From NCBI GenBank assembly GCA_910592345.1, contig CAJVPI010000144.1:1-49326 (forward strand): a stretch of DNA of 49,326 nt. Reading direction: 5' to 3'. Position numbers and translations under genes: made by a program. Positions 34,601 to 49,326 of the stretch are shown here, piece by piece; position 1 is the first letter of the stretch, and every line of letters begins with the position of its first letter. The notes beneath the pieces are model-generated. The model had not been told where the DNA came from, searched no databases, and worked only from the letters and a program-made list of their open reading frames with translations. This stretch comes from Paraglomus brasilianum. Taxonomy: Eukaryota.

Positions 34601-37600
34601 TTAGCGCCACCATCTGGATGCTCGCATAAATTAAACCCAAAACACCACTTCCTTATTTAACCACTGCTTACACTGCATACAGAATCGGAAAACAAGCGGG
34701 CTGCACAAGAGTTCTCGGACCGAAAGATATGCAGTCGTTTGCGGAGCGACGCAGGGGAATGTAAAAGTAATAGGAAAAAAAAAGAAAATAAATAATAATA
34801 AATAATAAACAAAATGTAGGCGAGTGTGGGGTGACTTTCTTGTGCTAGTAATTATGCGCGTTGAATAATGAATACGTAATTAAGCAAATGAGCAATTAAT
34901 TCATAAAAAGTCAATTGATTAAATAGATCGGTAAAAGTAGAAATGGGCGCAATCAGTTGTACGCAGGATGCAAAGCTGAGAGAGTTACATTGCTTGAGCA
35001 TGATGTATACACAAAACTTTGATGATGGAAAAGTGAAAAGAAAAAAAAAAAGCTTATTTTCTGCTTGTATTGATTTATTGGCTGATTTTTCAAAACAGTT
35101 GTATTAACTAATACATATCAATTAATTAATGTCTTACGTGATTGGTGATATTCATGAATCATACAGAACCAATCAGATTTTACCTTGCGACTGTTTCAAG
35201 AAGAGCTATTGCCTAGTGATATTATTGCTCGGTCATGTGGGAATATTTGTATAGCAATGTGGAAGTCACGAATGCCACGGGCAACGCATTGTCTCTTGCC
35301 GTCTTAACTATGCAATAGGAAAAACAGGCCAATAGTAGTTTTTCCTGGTCACTTGGTCAAACACAAATGCGTCGTGTCATGCAAGTAACCACATCAATTG
35401 TGTATACATAATTAGCATTTGCATATTATACTCAATATATATGTGATATGTAGTATAAGTCACATATTGTATATATCATACTGTACATTGGCGCTCTCGA
35501 CCGACGATCTTCGGTGCACGTACAACATATACAAACTGATAAGATTTTATGCAAGATTCTAATAAAGTCATTTGAACTGATAACCGATCCATACCATAAT
35601 TGGTCAAACATAGTTATGACAGGTGACTTTTTCTTTACCCAGTATTACTTGGTACAAAGTAAATTTACATCATAATTAAAGTTACGCTGCTCACCATTTA
35701 TTAATCGTCATCTAGCTTGGCATTTTCATAATAATATCACATTTGCACAAATTATGTTGGTGTAATTTACCGTATTATTCGGAAACGTCAAACATTTTTT
35801 GAAATGGAGTTGCTTGACACTATTACATTCTATATTCACATCCATGTAAGCAATCTAGTTTATGTGAGTTTGGAACGTTTGAAATTTCCTTGAGGCCATT
35901 TATTTGTATGAGTATCACCATAGCCCAAGTTAATAATTCACAGGATGGCCAGTAAATTAGAACCAGGTTATTAGCCCTCGATACAAATGTTGTCTTAAGG
36001 CTAGCTGGCCAGGTAATAGATGTCTCTCTTCACTGAAAAAAATTAAAGATAGATGACTTTGGAAATACTCACAAAAGCTGGCAACAGTGTTAAAGCTACT
36101 AATTATAATGGTTAAATACAAATTAGCACAAGTTTCGAAATGCCGAATTAACGGATAAACTTAATAAATTTAAGTTTACTATTACATTCTGTTAAACATA
36201 CAAATATTTACAAATCAATGATGTAAATATCGGCCAATATTCCTTAATCGTTTAAACAAGATATTTTTAAGTGACGGACGCATTTATGATAAAGATAGAC
36301 TAGTTTTGAATCAATAAAGCCTTTGATACGTATACAATATATTCGTTTCCAATTTCAGCAACTTTAAATTATAATTACTCAATGCTGACTTAAAGAAGCA
36401 AATTGTTATATTCTAAATACATTGTTAGTCAATGTGACTATCGTAATTGGTTCTCATGCCTTACCTTGTTTGATTTTATTCATTGACAAGAACCTAGTAG
36501 ATAATTTATATTGTTATTAATTTTTAATTTCATCTTGTGTTATCTGGAATTTTCTTGCAAGTCCACAAAACTCACTTAATCTGTTCGTGTACTGCTCTTA
36601 TCTTGGATACCAAAGGGATGACTTTGTCTTGATTGCCGTATAATATTTTCTCGCTGTTGTGTTACGACTACACGATAAAAGGTCTTGACAGTTTATTGAA
36701 ATCACCTCATGGCAGTACAGTAATACTTTTTTGCATAACAATAGTAATTGGTAAATAAAAGTTGTCCAGCTCAATCGTATTAATATTGTTAGTAAAGTAC
36801 AAATTGGAAAAGATATCATCACTTTACACTAGGGTAACTCGCTTTACGCAATCGCACAACGCCTTGGGGTTTTCCGAAAAATTAAACATTATTCTTGCCA
36901 TAACAAAAAAAAATTTTTTTTTAATCTCGTAACACAGCACAGCCACTAGATGCTTTCTTGGCAATACGTTACCTTTTTGCTTTGTGGAGGGAAAAATCCA
37001 ACTCCTAAAACCGAATACACAACTGGACTAGTCTTTGTATGTTATCAGTAACCCCCTAATGACCTAATGATTCGTTATTGTTTGCTTCCTAGCGTTATCA
37101 TTATCGCTAGTGGAACCAAAACTGTTTACGCCTTCAAGAATACACAGAAAAGGTTAATTAACTATAAAGCATAATGTCAATATCGTAAACCTCGAAAACT
37201 ATAACATTGCTGTCATCCAATGATTCTTGCTATATATGTGCCCAAATTAACCCCTGAACCTTTCCTTTTAAGGCCCACTTTGCCGAATTTGTTGCAGACA
37301 ATAAAATTTTTACTCCAACTCTTATTCTGGGTCCGAGAGTACTTTGGACGCTATCGCCAAATGACTGACGGCGCTCCTCAACCCTAACATTCGACCTTTA
37401 CAGGCTTGCATAATGACAAGTTCGTTTGAAGTTAAGAGTGTATAATCGATCCACGCAAGATATCTTTTTCTGGGGAAAATTCGTTATCAGCTTACATAAG
37501 AGACCATGACCGGAGAAATCAAATAGAACAGAGCATACAATTTACGGGGAAATGAATGCATCGGTTGTATGCATGGGGCATAGCAAATGTATATACATAT

Positions 37601-40083
37601 ATAGAATAAATGTATGACGATTTAACTAAATCATTTATTTGTATACTTGGTAGCATGTAGAACAAATCACCACACAGAAAGCTCTCCTGGACGATGGACA
37701 TGGAAAATAGTTATTGTTGATGAGCAAGCAAGGAAAGTCATTGTTCTTTAAGGTGTGGCGAAAATCGTAATGATACTATCCGTCATTTCATGCATTTAAT
37801 CAATTATATCATATAATCATGATTCACACATCACCCGTCTTTACGCATATAATTTTTCATCTAATCTACTTGTGGCATGAGCTAATTTAGTATCTCATTA
37901 CTGTCTCCGTGTGTTGCGTTGCTTTGTTCTGCCGTTTTACCCATCACATAAGCTAACTACCAATTAATATTTCCTCTGAAAATTTCCTTTATCGAGTGAC
38001 TAAAAACATCCACAAATTTTGGGGAAGAATCGAAATCACCATTGACAAATCAAGTTACTTGATTAATATTCATGTTACTAAATAAAGGCCCATTAGACAA
38101 TTTTTGGTTCAGCCAAAAACTACAAACAAATATATCGCTCCATCTAAATGATGACAAAGAATACTATATTCTATAGTACAGAAATCTATTGCCGATTTCG
38201 ATATAACCCACGGATAATTGAACGAATAAAAATCTGTCGATGCTAATGAAAGTCTGCGTTTAGAAAAAGGTCAGAGTATAATCGGTGAATATTAGTAAGC
38301 AGACTGTTACTCCAACATCTCCTTGTAAACACGCTTCCTGCGTTCAAATGGTCTCGCGCTGGCGCATTGCCCGACACCCTCCACGTAATGAAGTGTATAT
38401 AGTCAATTTTAGAACTATCATCACACGTATTGAGATCTCGACGATCAAATGACTAACGCGAGTGTCTGGTAAGAAATAGAACATAATTCCTCTTTTCTAC
38501 GTATCCTGAATATCGAAAATAATGCATATTAATATATAATGTTAATGTTCCAAGTCATATCAAGTTGCTTTGTATATAAAGTAGATTTAAAATTAGCCAG
38601 GTAATAATGGTGATACCAAAATGTTGCGTGTAAAGAGTTTGGGATATTCACACATTCAAATTTGCATTATTAGACATCAAATAAAAAACTGTTTTGGGTG
38701 CCTGTCTAATCAAATAATAAACGGCTATTTTACAATCCTAAATACAAGAATAAAACCCATAGTAATAGAAGGGACTTAACTAAAACTAATACTGATGCCA
38801 AGTCTAACTGCTTATATAGTCGTTACTTAATAATCAAAATCTTCTACAAATAAAGTCAAGAATAATAACTTGTGCAAAATAAAGGTTTACTAATTCAACT
38901 ATGAAAGGGATATCTATTATTTAAGACAATAATTAATAGTAAGTAAAAAGTAAATATTCTTTAAGTTATAATGAATCAAAACTTCTGTCCATAATTCTGT
39001 TCAATAATAATCATATTGCTCATTACTATTACTATTACTATTGCTGTGAAGTTTGTATGTTTTAATAGCTTCCTATTCCAGATTTATTACTTGACTATTT
39101 TGACTTTTGATATATACATTAATCTTATAATAAATAACACAAATGGGTTGTAGAAAATTGCCACAACTCGAACGTTGTTTGTTCAAGAACGTCGCTTCAT
39201 TCTACAAATTACTGTAGTTTTGTTTCACATAGTTGTGTGATATTCTATGTAAACTGCCAACAAATATTGTTATCTTCTGACGGTTATCAGAATTCAGCAA
39301 CGATGACAGAACCAAACCTACATGGATTCTTCATTGGCCTCTACTGACAGATTAAAGGATTCTGTTAACCAGAATCAGATACCAAAAAAAAAAACAACAA
39401 CAAATTTACATGAAGCAATTTGAATACTTTGTAAAGTCAAAGGTAATCTTTTGACTTTACTCACAGTGACTTGGACACTAATAGATTAAGTATGGAATTA
39501 AACGCCAGATAACAACTTGATGGACATATTAATATTATACAAGCTTTTGTGTAAAAAATACACTTTCTATTTACTATTCTATTTCAGAATCGCTTTATAG
39601 CTGAGCTATGAAAGACGACTATAATAGAAGAAATTCTTTAGTCGCATTGAGATTTCAAATAAAACTCAAGTCCTTCCTTCCACCCTATTTCCATTGTAAA
39701 CAACTGTTTATTGAAACTCGTAGTTCACAAACCGGAGACCATATTGTGTTTCTACTTACTGTAAAAAGACAGAGTTGAGCGATGGACATAATGACAGATT
39801 ATTGAACGTACCATGTGCACCTGGCAGGGTTGAAACCTATACAAAGCTATTGAGCACGTTACAAACAAATCTTGAATACAAGCAGAAAACATAACGATCT
39901 AAAGAAGTGTGCAAATTTAAAAACGTGAATAAATTTAACTGTGTTCATACTAATGTTTTCGACGAAAATGGCCACGAAAAAGTTTACTTGGAACACAACT
40001 GCTGATGGTCAGCTTGAACAAATTCGTTATTTTCGTGGCTAATTTATGTAAGTAATTTATTCATTAGCATATCTTCTGAAACT

Positions 40084-40765
40084 TCATGCGTGTTTTTTTA
40101 ACATTACAGCCGAATTTCCGCAAACTTCCACAACTGGAGGCGTATCTATCCATCCAAGAATTATTTGAGCTATGCGCTCACCTTCAACGACTTGCAAGAA
40201 TATGTTAATAACGACGTTTGTTTCTTCATACAGTACAATGTAAAATATAATACCAATATAGTCTTCGTCGCCAAAGTTGAACATCATAATACTAAGAGGT
40301 TTGCGGTAATCCGCATCTATCACACCAGCTTCGCAATCCAAAAAATGGTCCAACGCTGGAGTAATTGTAATTATTAGAGTAGCTCAAAGTAACGTAAATG
40401 ATAACGGTCTATTAACAACGACTATTAAGCGCGCCCGCTTATCGCCATTACCTAATCCACTCCTCGGAGCAATACGTCCACATGTACCATCAGGTACACG
40501 AATGGACAAATCAGTTGGAACAAGCGCTCTACCGCGAGCAGGAACAACCACGTTTGTGGAACTGTGTGATAGATGATTAAGATCATAACTACGTTTAATT
40601 GCAGGCGTCGAGCATGCATTGCACATTAGAGCTATTATACCTTTACCTATAAACATCATAACCAATAGCATTGGGTGAACTTCGCGTAGGCAACCTTGCC
40701 CTTTCGTTCATCCTCTTAACCAGCAACGGCTGGCAATTGTTAGCTTCCGAGGAGCTATCTTCCAT
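40084..40765 (-). CDS. DUT1: dUTPase (trimeric family), divergent, four exons, motif V absent
   Basis: The spliced product reads LLVKRMNERARLPTRSSPNAIGYDVYS-STNVVVPARGRALVPTDL...GRIAPRSGLA...AGVIDADYRK...GERIAQIIL. The 3' end is uncertain. Confidence 0.8.
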
Positions 40766-41037
40766 GTTAAAATACAAACGTTCAATGTTTGACATATACC
40801 TAAACTAATTCTCGAAGACAAATCATGTCACGGGAATAGGATCTGCTTATAGAAATACGCGACGTAAGTAATCTTGCGATCACGTGGTGTAAGGAACAAT
40901 TTACATGAGTTAAGTGCATTAGCAATGATTTAGCGAGTATAACTTCGTCTTAACGGGTGGAAGATTAAATAAAGCGTGTTATTTATTAGTCAGCCTCGAG
41001 CTGCATCATTTATATAAAGATGGTAGTTCTGTTCGAT

Positions 41038-42932
<1,895 letters not shown>

Positions 42933-43338
42933 GCTTTTTTCCTCCTCCCCACGCGTTTAATTGGGGCATAATTATCCGTTCTGTCATACCTGTTTTGGTT
43001 TGGTGCTATTTCATAATTCCGTGTTCAAATCCAGTAATTGTCAAATCCTCAGATCACAGGAATGTTCAAAATATTTCTTAGAATATGGTTTAAAGAATTA
43101 TTACTGTTGGTAAACTGAGAATTAACACTCCATATTAATCTTATGAATTAAGAGTACGCGTTGCAGTCATATCGACAAGTCAAAGCTAAGAAATACAAAC
43201 TGTTAAACGAAGAATATAAGGAAGATAATAGACTATAATAATGAAAAACTTTTTTTCGAGTTTTCATTGTTATTACTAGTCGTTTATTTATTATCATGTA
43301 TACGAACGAGGTTAGGCAGCTTATCCTTTAAAGCGCTA

Positions 43339-43906
43339 CAGTTGAAGCTCGTTATAATATAAAGTGGATGAACTCCGTTATAGCATGAGCTCCATGATAA
43401 CATGTACTTTGTTACATAATTTCTTATAATTACACGCGTAATTTTATTAGTGTGAAATGATATTTTCTAGTTGATGAATGTCGATAGTATACTTTGCAAG
43501 TAAAAGACTTGGTCATAATCTTTACTGCATTCAATATTGCAGCAACAAAGTCTTAATCCTTATTCATGAGAGTTTACGGTATTCAGAAAGATATCATCTC
43601 GAAACGGTTTTTTCCATTGATTCTGTACTTCGATGCAAGTCCGCTACTCGTTGGTCAAGACATAGTTAATGTTCTGTGCATTGTTTTTAGCGTTAGACAT
43701 TTCCTATGAGATAAGTGCTGAATGTCCGTTTTATACCCAATTTAATCAACCAATCATAATAATAATAATGAGTTTAATCCCTATTAACTGAAGCACTACT
43801 CCATTGTACCATTAATTGTGAATAGACCAATAGCTAATAACGCGAAAAAGTTCTTTTACAATGCGATTCCATTGTAACGTAGTTATATTATAGCGAGCTT
43901 TGACTG
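43339..43906. mobile_element. pogo/Tigger-like MITE, 568 bp
   Basis: TIRs CAGTTGAAGCTCGTTATAATATAA and CAGTCAAAGCTCGCTATAATATAA (21/24 identical), with TA on both flanks and no intact ORF. Confidence 0.85.
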
Positions 43907-46900
43907 TATTAAGGCCGGACGTGTAATCTAGAACATTGTTTGGATACTTTTCTCTTTTGGAGGAGTGAGACCAAACGTATAACTGTATTTTCTTTCTAAA
44001 AAATGCTTTTTACCGGTTTTCTTATTGTATATGCGCACGTTTTGTCTTTACCGATTTGATTTTTCAGACACTAAATGCGTAGATGATCCACAACTGACTA
44101 GCAATCACATATTCAAGAATACATAAAAATTAATATCATTATGTATATGGATAATAAGTCTTTGCTGCTATTTAAACAGGCACACTGTATATTTTCAGCC
44201 CTTCACCTGTTGATGTTCGCCTTAACATCTGTAGGAGTTGACATTTCACAATCGAATACGTGTTGTTTATCTTTATGCATAAATTTTGAGAGAAACAAAA
44301 ATGGAGCCATCTTGTGTCCATTTTTTCCCAATTTCTATTACCTAAATTATGCATTTAAACCAAATTATAAAGGGAGAAAAATCGGAACAGAAACAGGAAC
44401 GAGAGAAATGAAAACCACAGATAGTAGCTGATGGTAATTTGTTTGTTGTAACTAGAAAAGTAAATGTATTAAATTACCAAAGAAATTCAAATATTATCTA
44501 TTCTAATTTGCAAGCGAAAAAATATTTTATAATAATCACCCATTGGTCAGAAATCGCTTCAAAACACATCCATTGTCCATAGCAACGCTTGTGTACTGAA
44601 AAATGTAACATGAGCCAGAATTGAATTTTTTATCGTATACACTATAAGAGACTCTCTATGCTTGTAGCATTACCGATGTCTAACCATTCAAATTCTTGTC
44701 ATTTACTGTCGTACCACATTAGTTGAATTAATACAATAAATTGGAATTATACGACAAAGCATTAAAAGTAATTAAGTAGAACAGATTTATTAGTGATACT
44801 CGGAGACCGATTGACATAAGTTTCAGACAAATGAATTTGAAAGATCTACTTACTTGCAATTGAAATATACAAATCTGGAAGGCGAATGCTCTTTCATCTT
44901 TATTAATTAAATATGGCTTTATCACATGATTGTCAATGATGCGATATTATTAATAATTACTGGAAGAATGCCGACAAATAAGTCATTCCAAAGTTAACGC
45001 ATGTGGCATGCGTTATGTTATGGTTCCATGCATTCGCGACTGTATATTTAGTTTCAGTTTCTTGATGTACTTACTAGTTCTGAATAGCGTCTTTGACAAA
45101 CCTAGAAAACAATATTAACTTGTTGCTAGGTTAATGCACTTCGCGGTAACACAACTATTTCGACCTGCAATACTAAAATGTTAACTAACTTTCCTTATTA
45201 GGACATAACAATGTTTTCTCTGAAACTTGAAACGTTTAAATGGCAAAATCGCTAATTTGGTCTTTTTGGCTGGACTATTATTCGGATCACCATATTTAGC
45301 AAATTTTTCATATTTGCTTTCGGCTTTCTTTAAATATTGAATATGTTTACCTCAGTTGGGGACCTGTCTCAGGTCTGGCCTGAGTACTTGGGATCCGAAC
45401 TGAGACTCAGACACAACAAATTACCGGGACCGATTTGGCGAGTAAGACTGAAAAGGCTTATATGTCTGATCGAGAAGCCGAGACCAAATGTATACAATCA
45501 GCCATCAAAAGAGCTTGTCAAATGATGACACTTAATCAACTCTATCACCATTGAGCCGGTCGATCTTTTTGTTACTTGCTATTTGCTAATTTGATTAAAT
45601 AATGTCATTAAGGCTTTTAGCGTTCGGTTGCATGATTAATAACAACCTATGTGCAAACGAGACCATATTGTATTAAAAAACTTCTATTCTTTGCAAGACA
45701 TAATAACAATAAATTGTGATCTGTTTGTTAATACTGCATTATTAGGGGGGTGGCAAGAATGGATTGTAAAAGTGTCCTAGACGTGACAGTACTGTATCGA
45801 GCAACTGACCGTTGAGATAGAGGACATGATATCCATTCAAAATAAAGACCGAATAATCAAATTAACCACAAAATGTGGTCTATCACTCATGGACGTCTTT
45901 GCATGGATACGAGACGACTGAACACTATTAAAGTTCAACCGTAATTAATTTTATACGATCATGCATATTAATATTACTTTAAATTTATTGACCTACAACG
46001 CATGGTAATAGGCATTTTATAACTAATCATTTATCATCGGATCTCTTCTACGGCCGAGGGTGACGATGTTCATACTTGGTGTCTTCAAAAAACGTCACCA
46101 GCCTGACATGTGTAAGCTTAATTGGCATTAAAGCAAAAACCACAATGAAATTGCTTGTAATTAGCTAATCTGTTATTAAAATTAATGGGATTACATCATA
46201 TGAAGTATTCACATTCTCGTTAACGTCTTTCCAAAGTAAAAAGAGAATATTTTTACAATGTCGAAACAATTATCGCTGTGTGCTTTAGATTATTAGCCCG
46301 ATGGGGTTTTCGATAAAACTACTATTCACGTTTTCAGTAAACGATTAAATCTAGCACTTTTTTGCAGTAAGTTTTTTTTTGGGGGGCCTTCCTGGACGTA
46401 ATTTCGGTTTAATGGAAGTTAATACTAAAGGTTTTGATATGGGAGTACGTGTTATCTTATCAAGCTAAGATACATTATTAATTCCAATTTTTCATATTTG
46501 AGTCAAAGTAAGTTAATTAGGCGTTTTTTATAGCAAAAATTATGAAATTAAACAAGAAACGCGTTGTTGTTCAAATATTATTTGTTATTTGATGTAACTT
46601 TCTATATCAAAAATTTTCACAGTAAACAAACAGGGAGCATGTAAACTTTAGCTAAAGTAATTGCATAATTGCTTCCGTCATTACTGTATAAGTTAAAGAG
46701 TGGTTATTCTTATTCTAATTAATCGTTACTTTTACTTAAAATGTTAAAGTTTTCTGTAATATATTAAATTGACCAGTCCGGTTAAAGAAAAATGACATGT
46801 TCTGACAGCAATACTTGCAGGTTTCTTAACTCGCTAACAACTAATAGTTAGGCCGTAATTAAAAAGTTAATTTGTCTTGGGCAGAAAATTTTAACCACTC

Positions 46901-48627
46901 TCTTTCAAGTGACTATTCTGAAACAAACAATTATAACTGCAACTTGCAAGTGTGCACAACTTTATGACCATAGACGAATAAACTTGACAAGTGACAAATT
47001 TTGGTTTCTACATGTTTGCAACTTACTTCAGAACAGGTCTTTCTCGAACATATCAATAGTGTATCACAGCATTATACGTATTCCATAAAAGGGTTGACGA
47101 TAATGCAACAGGGGTTGATACCCAAAACTCAAAGTCAATTTCCAAAGCTGGAAACCATGCGAATATTTGATATGGGGTGATATTAATATTAATATTAAAT
47201 ATTAAATATTAAATATTAAATTGTTCCGATACTAACAACAACGGTACAAACTCGATAAATTTGAAACACAAATTAAACCCGAAAGACAAAGGCTAAAGTG
47301 CTTACTAGTAATTCGGCAGCACCGTGTTCTTTGGCTAAAACATTGTAATTGATTTTTCGTCATGAAGTAAATATTTGTTGTGATATGCACGTTGTTATCT
47401 TTAGTGATAGACTTACAGACAAATAATTAGAAACGAACAAAGGAGCCGATCGACAGTAATTACAACTAACTTGATAGAACAGATAATAAAGAAATGCCTT
47501 TCTGCTACAATTATTAAATACAATATGAATAGATAAATTACAATCGGTTGATAAACATTTTAAAGATTAGCTAGCATGTGTGAACAAGTAGAATTCTCCT
47601 GTAAGAACGCATCTTATCAATTTCAATGGTGTATCTGAAACAATGATAGCTGTATGAAATATAGGTTTTTGCTAGTAATTTCTCTTTGCATGATGATGCC
47701 ACAATTTTATGCAATGAAGTTCCGTCTACTGCATAAAATCTGGATTAGATCCGATAGGTCAAAATTTTAATATGCATATATGCAAGACTAAGCGGAAAAT
47801 GTGTATCTATTGCATAAGTAACATTACGTATTGTGGCCTGCAGCATAAAACGTCTTTAATATTGCAAGATGTCATACATTTCACACCGCTGACCGAATCT
47901 ATCTCGTACAGGCTTTTGTTGATAAACTTTCTTGTAATTTAAAAGGTCTTACTGTGGTTTAACTTTCGTAGTATTTTGAAAATCGAAGTAATTAAAGATC
48001 GAAATGCTGCAATTTGAAGCACAGGATCATTGATACGAATTTTTTTCCTGGGGTAAAAATATGAATTATTGCCATTAGAATCCAGGATCTGCGATCTAAT
48101 AAAAATGATAACGGGAACGGCAATTGGAGCCTTTAGTCTCCGCTGTCGTGTTACGTCTGCTGCATTAAATAATCTTAAAATTTCGGTTTGCAACGACAGG
48201 GGAAATATTGTGCACTATTATGGTTATGTTATTATGACGCTCCGACATAAAATAGTTAGTATTAAACTTGCACGACTACCAACCTGCAAGCCATCGGATC
48301 ACCTACATCCTGTTTGATGATCAATGGATAATAATAAATTAATCGCTTAAATGAAACAATAAAATCATACCAATTTTAACGACGCAAATGAGTTACGTTA
48401 AGGTATAAATATACCAAGAGACTGACCAGAATCCACAACAAGAATTCCAAAAGCACTGGGTTGCTTCTAAAGATAAAAAAAAAATCAAACGATCTAGCTG
48501 TTTACCGTCTTTCTTTAAACCACAAAGCATAGTTGAGCTAGCTTTTTACTCTTCAATTACAGCCATCAAATTACCCCAACACAACCATCAAATTACCCCC
48601 CAAATATCAAACGCCAAATATTCAATC

Positions 48628-49326
48628 ATGAAGATTTCTGCAATTCTTACAGTGGCTCTTAGTATGGCCCTTCTTTCAAATGCCGCTCCACTCGAAAAAC
48701 GTCGTTTTGGTCAAGAACACTCCGCATTCGTTGAACCACTCTACCAAAAAATGCGGGACAGTGCTCAAGGCACTAATTTTGCCGGACAAGTTGGACAAAT
48801 GTCTGGCGAAGCCGTGAATGCTCTTCTTGCCGCTAAGCCTGCTTGCAGACAACAAGTCGTGGCAGATCACTTGGTATTTTTTGCGAAAAAAATGGGCGCT
48901 GATACGACGATTGCAGATGGAAAGACGAGGGAAAAAGATTTAATTAACATCGCAAAGCAATATCGAACTGCTGAGAGAAATACCAACCAAGATGGAAAAC
49001 CGAGTTTCTTATGTGGCAGAAAACCATCCTTTAAGGAATTGAATGGAATTGTACAAAAGCAAGATCCTGCTGCGACAACAAAACCGGATACGCCTACAGA
49101 TGCTACTAATCTGGATGAAACTTTTGACCCACTCGGTGTTTTATCCCAAATCAAGGCTGCATCAAACAACGGAGCGGCTCCAAAAGATCCAAAGACTCCA
49201 AAAGATCCAAAGACTCCAAAAGATCCAAAGACTCCAAAGGATCCAAAGACTCCAAAAGATCCAAAGACTCCAAAAGATCCAAAGACTCCAAAAGATCCAA
49301 AGACTCCAAAGGATCCAAAGACTCCA
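48628..49326 (+). CDS. Secreted protein with Kex2 site and C-terminal PKDPKT tandem repeats; 3'-partial
   Basis: Absent from the ORF track because it has no stop in the window. It reads MKISAILTVALSMALLSNA-APLEKR-RFGQEH...LLAAKPACRQQVVAD...YRTAERNTNQDGKPSFLC...ELNGIVQKQDP and is open to the window end. Confidence 0.9.
   Translation, partial: MKISAILTVALSMALLSNAAPLEKRRFGQEHSAFVEPLYQKMRDSAQGTNFAGQVGQMSGEAVNALLAAKPACRQQVVADHLVFFAKKMGADTTIADGKTREKDLINIAKQYRTAERNTNQDGKPSFLCGRKPSFKELNGIVQKQDPAATTKPDTPTDATNLDETFDPLGVLSQIKAASNNGAAPKDPKTPKDPKTPKDPKTPKDPKTPKDPKTPKDPKTPKDPKTPKDPKTP
49180..49326 (+). repeat. 18-bp coding minisatellite, at least 8 units
   Basis: The unit is CCAAA(A/G)GATCCAAAGACT, with the G variant in units 4 and 8. 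Confidence 0.95.

Noticed and set aside
47181..47221. TATTAA(A) tandem run
   Set aside because: A simple AT microsatellite with no further structure.
48676..49169. Minus-strand ORFs of 64 and 100 aa
   Set aside because: They are antisense shadows of the plus-strand secreted protein.

Overview
Eukaryotic, AT-rich (roughly one-third GC), intron-containing fungal genomic DNA. Gene content, short introns and the TE and secreted-protein families point to Mucoromycota, probably an arbuscular-mycorrhizal Glomeromycotina fungus (inference). Four apparently intact spliced housekeeping genes lie on the minus strand: an ABHD/EHT1-type alpha/beta hydrolase, CCR4, a REG1-like PP1 regulator and ECT1/PCYT2. 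There is also a divergent dUTPase with no C-terminal motif V. Two intronless secreted-protein genes are present: a Cu/Zn-SOD-fold-like protein lacking metal ligands, and an 'RRFGQEH' protein ending in PKDPKT repeats that runs off the window. Decayed accessory DNA includes three copies of a Sola-like DDE transposase, a nest of Tc1/pogo elements, a pogo-like MITE, a frameshifted PD-(D/E)xK nuclease-like gene and an intron-retaining PEX5/PEX20 fragment. About 11 kb upstream of the REG1-like gene has no recognisable gene. I saw no rRNA, tRNA or CRISPR array. All calls come from reading motifs by eye; no database searches were run.
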